A stretch of DNA of 64,000 nt from Porphyridium purpureum. Its lineage: Eukaryota. Positions 44,058 to 56,216 of the stretch are shown here, in pieces. The notes below the pieces were generated by a model. That model saw only the letters and a list, made by a program, of their open reading frames with translations. It had not been told where the DNA came from and ran no database searches. Location: positions 930,001 through 994,000 of the forward strand of contig VRMN01000001.1 of the NCBI GenBank assembly GCA_008690995.1. The letters are read 5' to 3'. Position 1 is the first letter of the stretch; every line of letters starts with the position of its first letter. The position numbers and the translations under genes were made by a program.

Positions 44058-45434
44058 CTACCTGTTTTGCTGAACAGCCAGGTGAGCTACGCTATTCCTG
44101 CGCTGCAGGTATGCCAACAGGCGATTTACGCGCGGTGAGCGCATCTTCTGCGCAGCCAGCACAAGCCAGTTCTCGACCTCGCTCCACGTCGTTCCGCGGT
44201 GCGCCACCGTTGTCAAGCGATGGCCATCTTGGCTCGGAAGCAAATGCGCATCTGAATGAAGCACACCATTGAAGCGGCCGACCTTGGTCGTGCAGTCACG
44301 CTCGGCACACACCTCGGCGTATGTGCGGAAGCTTGTGCCCGATGCTCCCGTACGTGCGCCGTTGTGCTTGGTCACCTCGATGACGTGGTTTGGGGTGCCG
44401 CACGGCAGGTCGTCAAGACCGGTAATGCAAAGCATCTCACCGACTCCGTCACCGGCGTGCACCTTGCCCAGTCCCCGCTTTTCCATCCACTCGGAATCCA
44501 CGCAAACGGGAACTGGCGTCGGCGTCGGCGTCGGCACATTTGATGGGAGCGGTGTCGATGTCATACTTCCGGCAGTGCACGCCCATTCTTTAAATCTGCG
44601 TGCTCGAATCTCGCCAACATTCGTCAAAGTCTCACTGGCAACGTAACATGTGTTCAACTCCAACCGCTGATCAATATCAATGTCCGCCGAGAAATTCCCA
44701 CTTGGAACGCAATCTTCATCTTCATAATAGCCGCCACCAACGCTGCTTGCGCCCGAGACACCGCATGTGTAATTGTACTTGAAGTATGGAGTGCTGCCAT
44801 GGCCATTGTATGTGGTGCACTCGTTTGACATCAGCACATAACATCGCTCGCCCTCTGTACACGTTACACTAGAATACTCACATACCCAAATGGACCGCGC
44901 AGGCCCGTCACTGGGATCGGCAGTAGCGGTCGGAGTAGCTGTCGGAGACGGTGTCGGAGCAGGCGTTGGAGACGGCGTTGGCGAAGGAACCGGTCCGTCG
45001 CCGCACGAATACGAATCGACCTTGACGCGATAAAGAAAGTTCCCAAACCCAGTCGTGAGCGTGCTGAGAATCACGCAGATATCCGGATGCAAAGCATTGC
45101 CAAAAGACCTGTACAAAAGAAAGTCCTTTGGCATCCCTGCGCATCCTGGATTCGGGTATCCAGTCACTTTTACCAAATGCTCATCTGGACCACACTTCAG
45201 CTCGACCAGCCTGACACTTTCAACATCCACGGGTGCTTTTGGATCTGACCATAAAAAGTCCTGGCACTCGCCTAGTGTGAGGTTGAGCGCCACTGGGTTT
45301 CCTACACAATCGTCATCTGGAAACACCTCCAAGGTGGCCGTCATCTCTTCACTCGCGCAACTTGTGGCAAGCAGCAAAGTACCCACCAGGAGGGACACCA
45401 GGATTACCATGTCCTTCATGTGGGAATGCGCCAA
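44058..45434 (-). CDS. Secreted Cys-rich protein with Pro/Thr linkers and a distinct C-terminal Cys domain
   Basis: Signal peptide VILVSLLVGTLLLATSCA; PSPTPSPTPAPTP and PTPTPTP linkers; C-terminal CVDSEW...LPCGTPNHVI...YAEVC...C. Confidence 0.85.
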   Translation of the reverse strand: MAHSHMKDMVILVSLLVGTLLLATSCASEEMTATLEVFPDDDCVGNPVALNLTLGECQDFLWSDPKAPVDVESVRLVELKCGPDEHLVKVTGYPNPGCAGMPKDFLLYRSFGNALHPDICVILSTLTTGFGNFLYRVKVDSYSCGDGPVPSPTPSPTPAPTPSPTATPTATADPSDGPARSIWVCEYSSVTCTEGERCYVLMSNECTTYNGHGSTPYFKYNYTCGVSGASSVGGGYYEDEDCVPSGNFSADIDIDQRLELNTCYVASETLTNVGEIRARRFKEWACTAGSMTSTPLPSNVPTPTPTPVPVCVDSEWMEKRGLGKVHAGDGVGEMLCITGLDDLPCGTPNHVIEVTKHNGARTGASGTSFRTYAEVCAERDCTTKVGRFNGVLHSDAHLLPSQDGHRLTTVAHRGTTWSEVENWLVLAAQKMRSPRVNRLLAYLQRRNSVAHLAVQQNR

Positions 45435-48145
45435 GGAGCCGGCCCTCCAGGCAAGCTACTGTCAGCGCAGCTCTGCTCGCAGTGCTACCCGCCGGCTGCC
45501 TGCGACTCCCACGCCCGACAACCAGCTTCAATCCCCGCAGCCAGCTCGTCCTCAGAATCTCAGCATCCGTCCAGCCGTAGCCTGCCGCTATGTGCCGTGC
45601 ATAATTCCTGCGCGCAAACTTGAGAGCACCTAGCCATTTTCACGTGCGCAACCCTCAACCGGCGCCGTTGGGACCCCCTGTCAGCAACCACAGAGGATGG
45701 CCAGTCGTCAATCCGGCACATCGCCTGTCATCAAACGCATGCGTTTTTCATTCGAAAAACGTAACTGGATATCGAGACCGCTGCTTCGCGAATGACAACG
45801 TGCACGCAAGTGATGCGTTTGCATTGAACATGGCGCACAATTCAAGGCAACTTCAAACACGCGAATGGACAGAGATATAAGACCGATCGGTGATTGGGGG
45901 ATGACGCTTTGCGCGCGAGTCGTTTCGTGCACCAGAAAGGGGTACAATGAGGGACAGAGAATGCAATTGACATGATTGCCATTCGGACAGTGGCGGCGAG
46001 ATACGTCCGCTTCGCAATGCTTTCTAGCATGGTGGGTGGTTGCGCGTCTTTGTGCGCGTGTTCGAGCGTGTCGATGGCTGACCGAGCCGTGCATTTGCCT
46101 CCCGAGTGAGACGCGGCATGTCGAAGGTGTTGACTTGGTAGTATGGTACGGGGCTGCGCTGCTTTGAATGTCGTATGAGATGTGCTCGTTCGTGCGTTTG
46201 TTTCGGTCCTGCAAGCACGCTAGTGCATTGCTTGAAATCCGGGAAAGCTACTGCAACATATCGTGCAGTAACTTTGTCGATGCACCACATTCATACTGAC
46301 AAGACCGGTGGCACAATGTTCTGTCATTGGTTTACGCGCACCGAATGCAATGTGCCTGGCAGATATGATGCGCCGCATTCCGTCGAGGGATTGAATGGTT
46401 TGGCGACGGCTCTGGGTGACGGATAAACTGGAACGTGCAGAATCTGGCTGCGACGTCAAATGCAAGCGGAAGCTAACGGGCGCGCGAGCGGCGGAAAGAC
46501 TTCCCCCGTGCGCCTGGAGTAAAGCACGAGGCAAACGAAAGGTGCGCTTTTCAAGCAGAACGACGATGCCACGTGTTCCGAACGCGCTGTGTCATATTCT
46601 GTACTATGCGACCCTGTGGACCACACAGTTTCCATGATGTCTATCATAGTACCTGCCCTCTCGAAAGGATCCAATTGTGTTTGTGTCGGCCCACGGAACC
46701 CTGTCTCCGGTTTTGTGTTTGATCTGTGGATAAACTTTTCTGTCTGACTGGCAATTATTCCGTGCGCATGCTCGCGGGGTTTGAGACCGCCCACCGTCCG
46801 CTCGGCCGTGCTTTTGCTGAGGATTTGAATCAGGTTAAGCTTGTCGCGCGCACCTTTGATGCTCTTATCATTCAGCAGGGCGGCGAGTCGCGGTGGGTGG
46901 CGACTGATGCGTCGCACTTTGCGCTCGGGGTCGGTCTTGACGTCTACCGCAGTGTGACTATGCAGAGGAGAAAGCTGCGGCATGAACTCAGGGTGGAAAA
47001 TTTCTTGTTGACCGGCAAGCATGATCGGGTTCTGCGAAGGTGTGATAGAAAGGACCTCGAAATGTTTCAGCGACCATCTGCTCCATAAGAGGTAGACCAA
47101 GTTCTGATGCATCAGACCGGAATGGCGTGCGTAAGCGCTGCACCTCCACCGACTCGATTGTGGCACCCTGTACTGACATGCGGACTGCTGCTTGCAAACG
47201 CGGATCTGCTGCGCGTCGATGACGGCCATTACGCCCTACGCGCTGACCACACGGCACGACCAGTACGTGGAGTCCAGCATCGTGCGGCTGCGCATGTGCA
47301 GGATTTTTATTCGCGAGCAGAGTAGAAGTGCCTGGACATTTCTCGCTCTCATACGTTGAACTAGGATTTGAAGCGCAAGAGAATCTGGACGGTTCAAGGT
47401 CAGCAGCGCGCCCGGATGTACCAGCACCAACGCTCCGATGAACAAGATTGCGGAAAGACGAGCAGGACGGTGAAAAGGCACACGAAGCAATGCAGCGTGG
47501 GAGCCGGTCGAATCCGAGTCGAACCCCCATGCTGCGACCTTACTGGTGAGCAGAGCGATCTATTGCCTTCTCGCCGCAGATTGAGACGGCACATTATCGC
47601 GAGTAATCGGCGTTGCGCAGAAGAACACGTTTAAAGACCGAACTTTGCGAGTGTCTGCTTCGTGTTGGCCAAGCAAACGAAATCAAGCACGTGATTTAAG
47701 AGATCAGAATGACTCCAGTCAAGGATCACTTAGAGTCACGGATCATAATGGCGTCACAGTCCATGGCTTCAATGCAGATACAGAAGCGATCACTAGGAGG
47801 CTGCCATTTACAGCGGGACGTTTCCTATCTGCAGGCCATGTCCTGTACTCGCGGTCTGATCTGAAGTTTCAATGTCTGAAAACTTTCTCTATATCCATGA
47901 AGACACGGTTTACTCATAACGAAAAAGTTTCCTACTATATGGTCCACCGCCGCAGGACTTTGGGCGAGATACTCGCCTGTAAAGTCCTTCGACCTATTCG
48001 GTCTCTGGCAAAGGTGGCCATGAAAACAGAAGACGCAGAAATACAAGGACAGGAAAATTGGACGCACGGGAGCGTTTTCATGCTCGCTGGAAGATTCCGC
48101 ACTGTTCACGAGCGAGAGACTTGGATCTGCGCGTTCACAGTCGCT

Positions 48146-49834
48146 TTAAACCTCTTCGCCATGAGCAGTCATGGTCGCCTCATCCTCAGCTGGCTTCGCC
48201 GGTGACTCGTCCATGCCAAAGTTGTCGGCCTTCTCTGCCTGCAGTTCACGCAGCTGGCCGTGACCCATCTTCTCGGCGGCATCCAAATCTTCAGGGTATG
48301 CACTGCCACCGTGCTTGGAGACATCATTCCCAATCAGCTCCATCTCTGGCGGGATGCGCAGCACTCCGGCCACTTTCATGACAAAGAAGAAAGGCCCAAG
48401 GAGACCGGCAGTCCAGCAGATAATGCAAATGACTCCGACAAAGTTGGCAAGCAACAGATCACCACTCTCGCCATAGAACACACCTCCACGCTGTCCAAAC
48501 CCGGCCATGTCCACTGCGTCCGGCGAGGCGCCAAACCCAACGTAGATAGCGCCAAACAGTCCGCACCCGCCGTGAATTGGGTACGCCTCCAGGGGATCGT
48601 CAATCTTCAACTTCAGCAGCAGCCAGGCGGAAAACGCATACACGCAGGCTCCGATAAATCCGACTGGAATCGCCATGTAGGGTTCGTACACCGAGCAGCC
48701 AGCCGTCACAGCCACGAGGCCAGCGAGCACACCGTTCAGGCACGCAAGCAGATCAAAGATATGGTCCTTGATTTTGATAATGACCAAAACGGTGAGGCCA
48801 GCTGTTGCACCGGCCAACGTCGTTGTCACGCAGCAGCGCTGAATCGTGTTGATGGTTCCCGGGTCATTGGATCCGTAGAAGGGATTCTCCGCTGGGTCGG
48901 CCGAGAACGTGTGAGCAATCGGGTCATACCCACCGTTGTCTGAGGACAGAGGGAACACGACAGCAAGAGCCGATCCCGGGTTGAAGCCATACCATCCGAA
49001 CCAAAGAAGGAATGTGCCGAGAGTGCACAGCGTGGCCGAGTGACCAGGCATCGGCACCACATTTCCCTCGTCGTCAAAGCGACCGATGCGGGGGCCCACA
49101 ATGATGGCGCCAGTCAGGCCGGCCACTCCACCCACGAGATGCACAACACCGGAACCGGCGAAATCGATCATGCCTCCCCGGAAAGGGTCCGCGGCAAATG
49201 AGGAGATCCAGCCATCGCTTGACCACACCCAGTGCGTGACAACCGGGTACACGAAGCCTGTCAAGAAAAAGGCGTAGCCCAGGTAGGCGTAGAACGACGT
49301 GCGCTCGGCAACTGAACCGGACACAATGGTCGCTGCCGTGGCCGCAAATGTCCACTGGAAGAACCAGAAATGGTAGGAACTCTCATCGACTCCAGACAGA
49401 GCGAAACCAGAGTGACCAATGAATCCGTTCGTGTCGTCAACGCCGTACGCGAAGGCGTATCCGAACAGATAGTACGCAATGGCGCCCACGCATGCGTCCA
49501 GCAGATTCTTCAGGAGCACATTCTTGGTATTCTTGGTGCGCACAGACCCAGCGGTAAGCATCGCGAAGCCATTCTGCATGCAGAACACCAAGTACGCGGA
49601 AAAGAGCACAAACACCACGTTCAACCCAATCCAGACGTTGTCCACCGTGGTGACCAGCTCCGCAAGCGTCTGCGCGACGAGCGGCGCGTTCAGGCCACCA
49701 GCCGCATTCGTGTAGATGGACGGGTCAGAGTAATCGAGAGACTCCGTCGCAAGGATTTGCTTGTTCCCAGCGTCAATTCCCATCTGCGACGCCAAGCGCG
49801 TCATGCGGTTCACACCGCGCACCAGCTCCCGCAT
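48146..49834 (-). CDS. AMT1: Ammonium transporter, AMT1 family
   Basis: MQNGFAMLTAG, FFQWTFAAT, DFAGSGVVHLVGG, LWFGWYGFNPGS, DDPLEAYPIHG. Confidence 0.97.
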   Translation of the reverse strand: MRELVRGVNRMTRLASQMGIDAGNKQILATESLDYSDPSIYTNAAGGLNAPLVAQTLAELVTTVDNVWIGLNVVFVLFSAYLVFCMQNGFAMLTAGSVRTKNTKNVLLKNLLDACVGAIAYYLFGYAFAYGVDDTNGFIGHSGFALSGVDESSYHFWFFQWTFAATAATIVSGSVAERTSFYAYLGYAFFLTGFVYPVVTHWVWSSDGWISSFAADPFRGGMIDFAGSGVVHLVGGVAGLTGAIIVGPRIGRFDDEGNVVPMPGHSATLCTLGTFLLWFGWYGFNPGSALAVVFPLSSDNGGYDPIAHTFSADPAENPFYGSNDPGTINTIQRCCVTTTLAGATAGLTVLVIIKIKDHIFDLLACLNGVLAGLVAVTAGCSVYEPYMAIPVGFIGACVYAFSAWLLLKLKIDDPLEAYPIHGGCGLFGAIYVGFGASPDAVDMAGFGQRGGVFYGESGDLLLANFVGVICIICWTAGLLGPFFFVMKVAGVLRIPPEMELIGNDVSKHGGSAYPEDLDAAEKMGHGQLRELQAEKADNFGMDESPAKPAEDEATMTAHGEEV

Positions 49835-51951
49835 ACTGCCCGACCAGTCTTTCCGACCTCACCTCTGCCTGCCCCTCTCCTCTCACACTCCTCTCTACCT
49901 CTTGGCTGTTAACCTCGCGACTCTCCACTGCGCCCGCACCGTCTAACCGCGCGATTATATAGTCACGGAGAGTCAAGCTGCACACGGCACAATCGCGCGG
50001 TGGGTTGAGCGCCCCAAAGCGCGGCGGGTTGGCGGATGTCCAGCAAAACCCCGCAACCACCACCACGTTCGGCCACAAAACCTGGACGCACAGCGCTGTT
50101 TTGCTATGAAAGTCGCACAAACAGACCGCACAACAAAAGCTGGACACGGCTTGCCCTCCTCCGCTCGTTCCCTCCCTCCGTCCTTACTCTCCGCCCCCAA
50201 ATTTCACACAAACACAGCATGCGCATATCAAAACCTTACCGTTACGCGTGATAAGAGGCGCGGGAGGGAAAATTAAAATAAAATGGTCCTAACAAAAAGC
50301 CCGGAAAAACACCTACGGACGGTTATAAACGGCTGGCTTACTTGGTGGTGGGGAAATGCTGGAAGGAATGGTAGGGAGAAAAAAATGGAAAAAAGAAATG
50401 GAAAAAAAGGGCAAAAATGCATGCAGGGTGAGCGTAAACGCAAGAACAACCACAACAAAAACATTACACAGTACCAGAACGTGCGCCGCACGACAACGCC
50501 TTATCGCCCTGACTGGGCAAGAAAACGAGGAAAATAGCGAGGAAGGAGGCGAAAAAAGAGGAAGAATGAGCGGGCGGTGCGAGTCGCACGCGCGCGCAAC
50601 GTGCAACATGTGGCTGCGGGGCGTGCGCGAGATCCGATCTGGTGCGCGCCCACTTGCTCGGCACACCAAGAAAAGGGGGTAATGAGTCGAATGGGGAAGC
50701 GATGGGGGGGATCCCACCCTTGCCACGCTTTGGGGGTATGTCCGTGGGTCGCCTGCCGGGGAAATAACGGCTGACGTTTGGAGCGATGTGCGCGTGCTGG
50801 GGGGGTTGGTGTGCGCGGATGTGGAGCGAGCCGGATGGGTGGAGGGCGTGAGTTCGGGATCAGGCCCGAGCGTGGTTTGAATCCGGCAGTGTGTGGTGGT
50901 GTGGCGTTGAATGCGCGGCGGCCAGCACCCGCGAGAGAAGCGTGATTTTTTCTGCGACCGAGTCGCACAGCAGACCAGATCATTTTGATGCTCCCGAGTT
51001 GATCCGGGCACCCTCATGAGCCGAACTGTGGAACAATAGTTACCACTAGGTTTCTTTGCCCTGCAAGCGATGCAGCGTGCCTTACTTTGAAGAAGACCGA
51101 CGAGAGGAGAGAAAGCGTCCACGTTCGTGACGCGATCTAGAACGTTCACCCGCAGAGCACCATCAAGTACACTAAATTGTATTTTGACTTGGGAAGAATC
51201 ACTCGTCTCTGTAGTTCTTCTGCTGGTGGCGGCATTGACTAAAAATGCTGTTGCGCTAGGCTGTTCGTCTGTCCCAACCGCGACAACAAGGATCAGTCTT
51301 ACTCATATGGATATTCTCCGTTGCCATATGTATAGAGCCGCTGGCGGCAATTCGAGTGTTTCTGCGCTCGGGCGGGCCAGGATACGTACGTTCACCTTTG
51401 ACTAGCTGAGCAATCTGGCACACAAATCCGCAAAGACCCCTGCATGTGTTCTTCAAACTTTTATAGTTCATTCCTACTGTCGTAATCTCCCGCACTCTTG
51501 TGCTCTAGCGAACGCGCGTACGCAACTCCTGCAACACATTTCCTCACCGGCGCCAAAACTCTAACCGTCCTCGGTTTCCTCTTTCTCTCAAGGAAAAACA
51601 AGTGGTTTCAGAATTCGGCCCTTGCTGAGACAGCGCTGCTCCAAAGCTCATTACATTGTTCCGGAAGGAACGGTCAGGAGCTTGGAGCCATGGCAGAATA
51701 AAACAATTCCACCCCACAGCAGCAGATGCACACACAAACACACCCACGCACTCTCTCTTCCTCTTTCCTAACCCAACTTTCTTGCCGACACCAGCATCCC
51801 ACGGTTCCATCATGGCCACAATACCTAAAGCGGCACCTCCAGTACCACCCCGAGGGTCCTAAAACCGGATCCAATGAGAAAACACCCCACTCGTTGCCTT
51901 CGGGTGCAAAGCCAAACGAATTCGCCCAGCACATAGCCTGCTATCCGAGCC

Positions 51952-52977
51952 TTAGAACAGGGAGATCAGTTCGATGTCAAACAGAAATGGGTCGGGATGA
52001 GGGCACGGGGCCCATGCTGCTTCGTTGTCATCTTGTGCGGCCCCCAGGCCAGCAGTGAGAATATCATCCACACTTGACTCGCTCCACAGTGTTTGTGACA
52101 CCAGCTCAAGCGGCTCATGGGTATGAGCTGAGACCAACGACAGCGATGACTGAGATTCGTGCATACCGAGTACAACATCAAGAGAGGAAGCACCGGCCAA
52201 ACGAGCTCGCTTCGAACTTGGTCGCTCCTCGTCGTCACTTGCTGCTTCCTCGCGTGGCTCCTTCTCTCCAATTCGTAGAGGCGGAAGGGGCGAGAGCGGT
52301 GGTTTTCCACTCGTCACAGGCCAGCCTCTTACATACATCTCGAATGGCGAGCTGCTAGAGGGCGAAACTGGTGACAAGGGCATCCCGCACTCGGAGCTTG
52401 CACATACAACTGGCTGCCTTTTCACGACCGCGGGCGAATTTGGCGCCGACGAAGCCAACGAGCTCGCGTCAGTAATACTTCCCTGCGCTGTGGGGACCAG
52501 TCTGCGCTTAATTGTCGAGTTCCAATGGTTTTTGACAATATTGTCCGAGCGACCCGGAAGGTGCTTGGCAATCACAGCCCAGCTGTTCCCGTGCACCTTG
52601 TGCAACTCAATAATTAGCCTGTCCTCTTCCTCGGTCCAGCTTCCCTTCTTGAGCTCTGGATTGAGGTGGTTCATCCACCGCTCCCGACACTGCTTGCCCG
52701 TGCGCTGGTCGGTCATCGTAGCTAGGGCGGTCCACGAGCGCACGCCAAACTGTTCGACGAGCCTGGTCAGATACGCGTCTTCCTCCGGCGTCCACGACCC
52801 TTTCCTCCCTCGGCGTGCGCCGGGCCGGACCTCTTGCGTCGCCGCCGTCGTCATCACCGGGTCACCGTTGTCGTGTACACTTGCAGCGTCGTCCCGGCTC
52901 GCTCCCAGTTCGCTCGCCGTTCCGTCCATCCCGGTGTCCAGCCCCCTCGGCGTCCCGACTATCCCAGCGCCCGCCAT
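51952..52977 (-). CDS. R2R3-MYB transcription factor
   Basis: KGSWTPEED...[25 protein letters not shown]...[25 protein letters not shown]. Confidence 0.95.
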   Translation of the reverse strand: MAGAGIVGTPRGLDTGMDGTASELGASRDDAASVHDNGDPVMTTAATQEVRPGARRGRKGSWTPEEDAYLTRLVEQFGVRSWTALATMTDQRTGKQCRERWMNHLNPELKKGSWTEEEDRLIIELHKVHGNSWAVIAKHLPGRSDNIVKNHWNSTIKRRLVPTAQGSITDASSLASSAPNSPAVVKRQPVVCASSECGMPLSPVSPSSSSPFEMYVRGWPVTSGKPPLSPLPPLRIGEKEPREEAASDDEERPSSKRARLAGASSLDVVLGMHESQSSLSLVSAHTHEPLELVSQTLWSESSVDDILTAGLGAAQDDNEAAWAPCPHPDPFLFDIELISLF

Positions 52978-53883
52978 CCACGTTCGCCAAGGCCCTTGCG
53001 CTCGCCCTCACCGCCAAGCTCCACGAAGCTTCGTGATGGCGGGGTAGCACACCCGACCGAAGCTTCGAGGATAAACCAAAGCTTGCGTACTTCTGAAGTG
53101 AAGCCTCCGTGTGAGTTTGTTATCGCCCGTCTCGCTGCAGTCTCCGCCAAATCACACCAAATTAGTAAGAGGCGGAGCTATCCACGCAAAAGTGACCAAT
53201 TACCACATACTGTTCGCCGAGCGGCCGAAACGAGCCTCGTTTTAGCCACTTCTGAAAATAATCATCATTCTGTCCAGTCCGAGACGGACTGTATTAAGGA
53301 AGGTGGGAATTTGCTTCGATACGGCGGGTGTGGCCTCACACAGGCTCGTTAAGATCGCGCGAGGCGGCTTTTTTTCCGGCTCGGCGTTCTGGAAAGGACA
53401 TGCGCAAATCGGCGGGGCTCGGTACTGGTTGCGGCTTTCTGCGGGCACGTGGTCGTGTGGCGGACGGAGGAGTGGGAGGGGGAGGGCGAGAACGGGTGCA
53501 CGGCTGGCTAGCCTGTCTCACGATTAGCAGGGGTCGTGTGGCCACAGTTGTGACTCGACTCTATGCATACGCACGTAATCTGCCTGCTGCTAACTCGCAG
53601 CGTGTCTCCGCTCCCCAGAGTTAACTCGCGACGATTCTATCAGATGGACTGCGGCAACAAGCCACTGATTGCGGGGCAGGGTTGCAAGACAAAAAAATCG
53701 GCTAGCCTCGACCAAGCCTACAGATGGCATAGTTTTCGGGATGAACATGCGCGGTCCAATTTTGCACGAATGGTGTCGAGCGCCTGTATTGGCTGTTCGC
53801 GTGCCACGTTTCTCTGCAGCGATGCGCAAGCTCATTCTTCTTTCCTTTTTTTTTCTTTGTTTCGTCGGCCGCTTCAGTCTAGT

Positions 53884-55449
53884 CTACAGGATTCCCTCGC
53901 ACTGCTCACGCAGCTTCTGCTGTGTGCCGCGCCGCAGCGCACCGTGGTATGCCGACTTGCTTTGGTTCTTGCGCTGCTGCTGCGAGCGCGAGCGCCGCAC
54001 CTTGGCAGCAACGTCTCGCGCGTCGAATGCCGCTCCGGCCTGAGTTCCTGGCCTCGACCCAAGCTTGCTGCTTGTGTCTGCATCATCCTCCACGTCGCTA
54101 CCTTCTTCCCCATCCAGCCCCAGTGCATCCACATGGCCGTCCGTCACCGCCGCCTTCGCCGCACCGGTCAGTTTTCGGCATCCGCTTGCCCCAAGCTCCA
54201 CATCCAAAAGCTCTACGCGAGGCTGGCGACAAATGGCCACCATCAAAGCCATGGGGAGCGTCTCCTCGAGGTCAAAGGGGAAGTAAGAGGTGGGGGCTTC
54301 GCAGCCTTCCTCAACACGGTCCGCGCTTTCTTGCTTTTCGTCTTCGTCCGCGTCCCCTGTCTGAATATCATCAATGTCGCTCAAGTCACCGTGCTCGTCC
54401 TCGGCTTCAAGCGATGGGAGCGTCGGCGCTAAGCGGTCGGCCGCCATAGAGTCACGTCCTTCCGAGTAATAAGCGGCAACATCCTTGTACCCAAATTCAT
54501 CCAGGCAAAGCCGCACGGCCACGGCTGGCTCGATGCCAAACTTGACTGCAAAGACGCGCAAAATACACGCCAAATCGCGCTGCAAGAAAGCCGGTCCTAG
54601 CTGGTGGTCGGTGGAGACGGCCTGCGGAAAGTCAATCACCACGCTGGCAAAGTCGTCCGGTTCGATGTCTTCACCTTCTGTTTTGCTATTGTCGGCCTCA
54701 TCCAGCGCATCGCAATCCTCCGGTGGCGGCGCAAAGGTTGCCAGCACGTTGAACTCATTCAGATCACAGTGCACCAAGCCGCACTGTGCTAGACGCAACG
54801 CGAACCGCAGCAACTCGACACACTGCTCGACGCCATGCGTAAGCGTCTGCGAAGACAGCTGCGAGAGTGTCGACGCACCCGGGTAGAACTGCATGACGAC
54901 ACCGTGGCGATTGGTATCAAAAGGTTCGGGTATCTGAAAGTGCCGTGCATGGAGTGCCACCATAAAGGTGTACTCGCGCTCTGCCGCGAGCTTGGACAAA
55001 TATAGCCACGACGTAGAATTACGGTTCTGCAGATAGTCACGCGTTTGCTTGACGTTCCGGAATGAAGTCTTGCCCAATCGATGAAACTTGAGCGCCACCA
55101 GCCGGTCATGCGCGTCCACAGCCTCGTACACTTCGGCCTCCTTCCCAACCCCGATGCGCCTGCCCACAGACGCCACGCTGCCGCGCTTCATGAGTGCATT
55201 GAGTGCTAGGACATCGTAGCCAAGCGGGGTAAGGCGGTACGCGTCGTGCGACGTGCCGTCGTGGTGCAGCAGCCGGTATTTATGCAGGTTTGATATGGAC
55301 GTCATGAATCCTGTCTTGATGGAGCTGCTCAGCGAGCAAATCAACGACGTCGGCACCAGCTCGTGGTTTCGCATTCCTTGCTCCACCGCGCTGAGCACGC
55401 GGAGGTCCGAATCACTGAGGAACCGGAACACAGACACATCAAACTTCAT
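53884..55449 (-). CDS. RIO2: RIO2 atypical kinase (40S maturation)
   Basis: N-terminal wHTH (GMRNHELVP, YRLTPLGYDVLAL), GVGKEAEVY, HRLGKTSFR, HCDLNEFN, IDFPQ. Confidence 0.95.
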   Translation of the reverse strand: MKFDVSVFRFLSDSDLRVLSAVEQGMRNHELVPTSLICSLSSSIKTGFMTSISNLHKYRLLHHDGTSHDAYRLTPLGYDVLALNALMKRGSVASVGRRIGVGKEAEVYEAVDAHDRLVALKFHRLGKTSFRNVKQTRDYLQNRNSTSWLYLSKLAAEREYTFMVALHARHFQIPEPFDTNRHGVVMQFYPGASTLSQLSSQTLTHGVEQCVELLRFALRLAQCGLVHCDLNEFNVLATFAPPPEDCDALDEADNSKTEGEDIEPDDFASVVIDFPQAVSTDHQLGPAFLQRDLACILRVFAVKFGIEPAVAVRLCLDEFGYKDVAAYYSEGRDSMAADRLAPTLPSLEAEDEHGDLSDIDDIQTGDADEDEKQESADRVEEGCEAPTSYFPFDLEETLPMALMVAICRQPRVELLDVELGASGCRKLTGAAKAAVTDGHVDALGLDGEEGSDVEDDADTSSKLGSRPGTQAGAAFDARDVAAKVRRSRSQQQRKNQSKSAYHGALRRGTQQKLREQCEGIL

Positions 55450-55514
55450 GGCTCCGAAGCTCCAGTCCCTTCTGACTCGGCTCTAAGTCCGGTGTCTCCG
55501 ACGGAGTCTAAGCG

Positions 55515-55552
55515 CGCCGCCGCCGCCGTCGTCGTCGTCGCTGTCGTCGTCG
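55515..55552. repeat. GCC/GTC trinucleotide tract upstream of RIO2
   Basis: gccgccgccgccgtcgtcgtcgtcgctgtcgtcgtc read directly. Confidence 0.8.
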
Positions 55553-56216
55553 CTGTTCGCCTTCTCAGCCTTGGCCGCGTGCGAACGGAGTGAATCCACT
55601 TTCTCCTAGGACAAAGTACAGCCGACGAACCGAGCGACGAAGCGGCGACTCCTCGGGTGTTTGAACCCGCGCCGATAAACCGGATTAGCCGCCCAATTCT
55701 TGACCTGCAGGCACGCGACACACACACAACCGGTTTGGGCCACCAATGCCGCGGGCGTTGCTGCGCCAGCCTTCTCCTTCGTTGGAACAACGATATCTTA
55801 GCACCCTTCCAGAGCCACCAGATTCTCTCAACGACAGGCGATCGGCAAGGACTCAGGTGGCTTCACACGGCGTGCTTCGGCAACGCTGGCTGCCTGATTG
55901 GACGACTACTACTCTAGGGTTCGACGAGGACCTTGACATGCCAAGGAGTTCCGCTGTACAAACTGCTGGGGTACAGTTGACGAGCTCGCAACGAAGAAAC
56001 CAAGCGTGAGCTTGAGCTTATCAAAGCACGCCACTTTATTGGCAAGTCGGTATGCCTGACGTGTGCAGGTCCGGCCGCTTAAGAACAGGTGACACACGGT
56101 GTGCGCGTGTGCGTTTGACGTTCGACGAGAGAAGGCGACAGCATTTCCAGCAGTGGGAGCGGCACGTGCGCTTGGAAATTAGGCTTCTTTGTCCGCTGCG
56201 TTCATCTATTGCGGCC

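Noticed and set aside
46895..46940. VATDASHFALG resembling the Ty3/gypsy RNase H motif TDAS
   Set aside because: There are no flanking RT, RNase H or integrase motifs and no LTRs, so it is likely chance.
49840..51950. ORFs upstream of AMT1 (e.g. 50313-51149)
   Set aside because: These are low-complexity purine-rich and GT-rich sequences without protein motifs, more likely AMT1 promoter/UTR and MYB 3' UTR.
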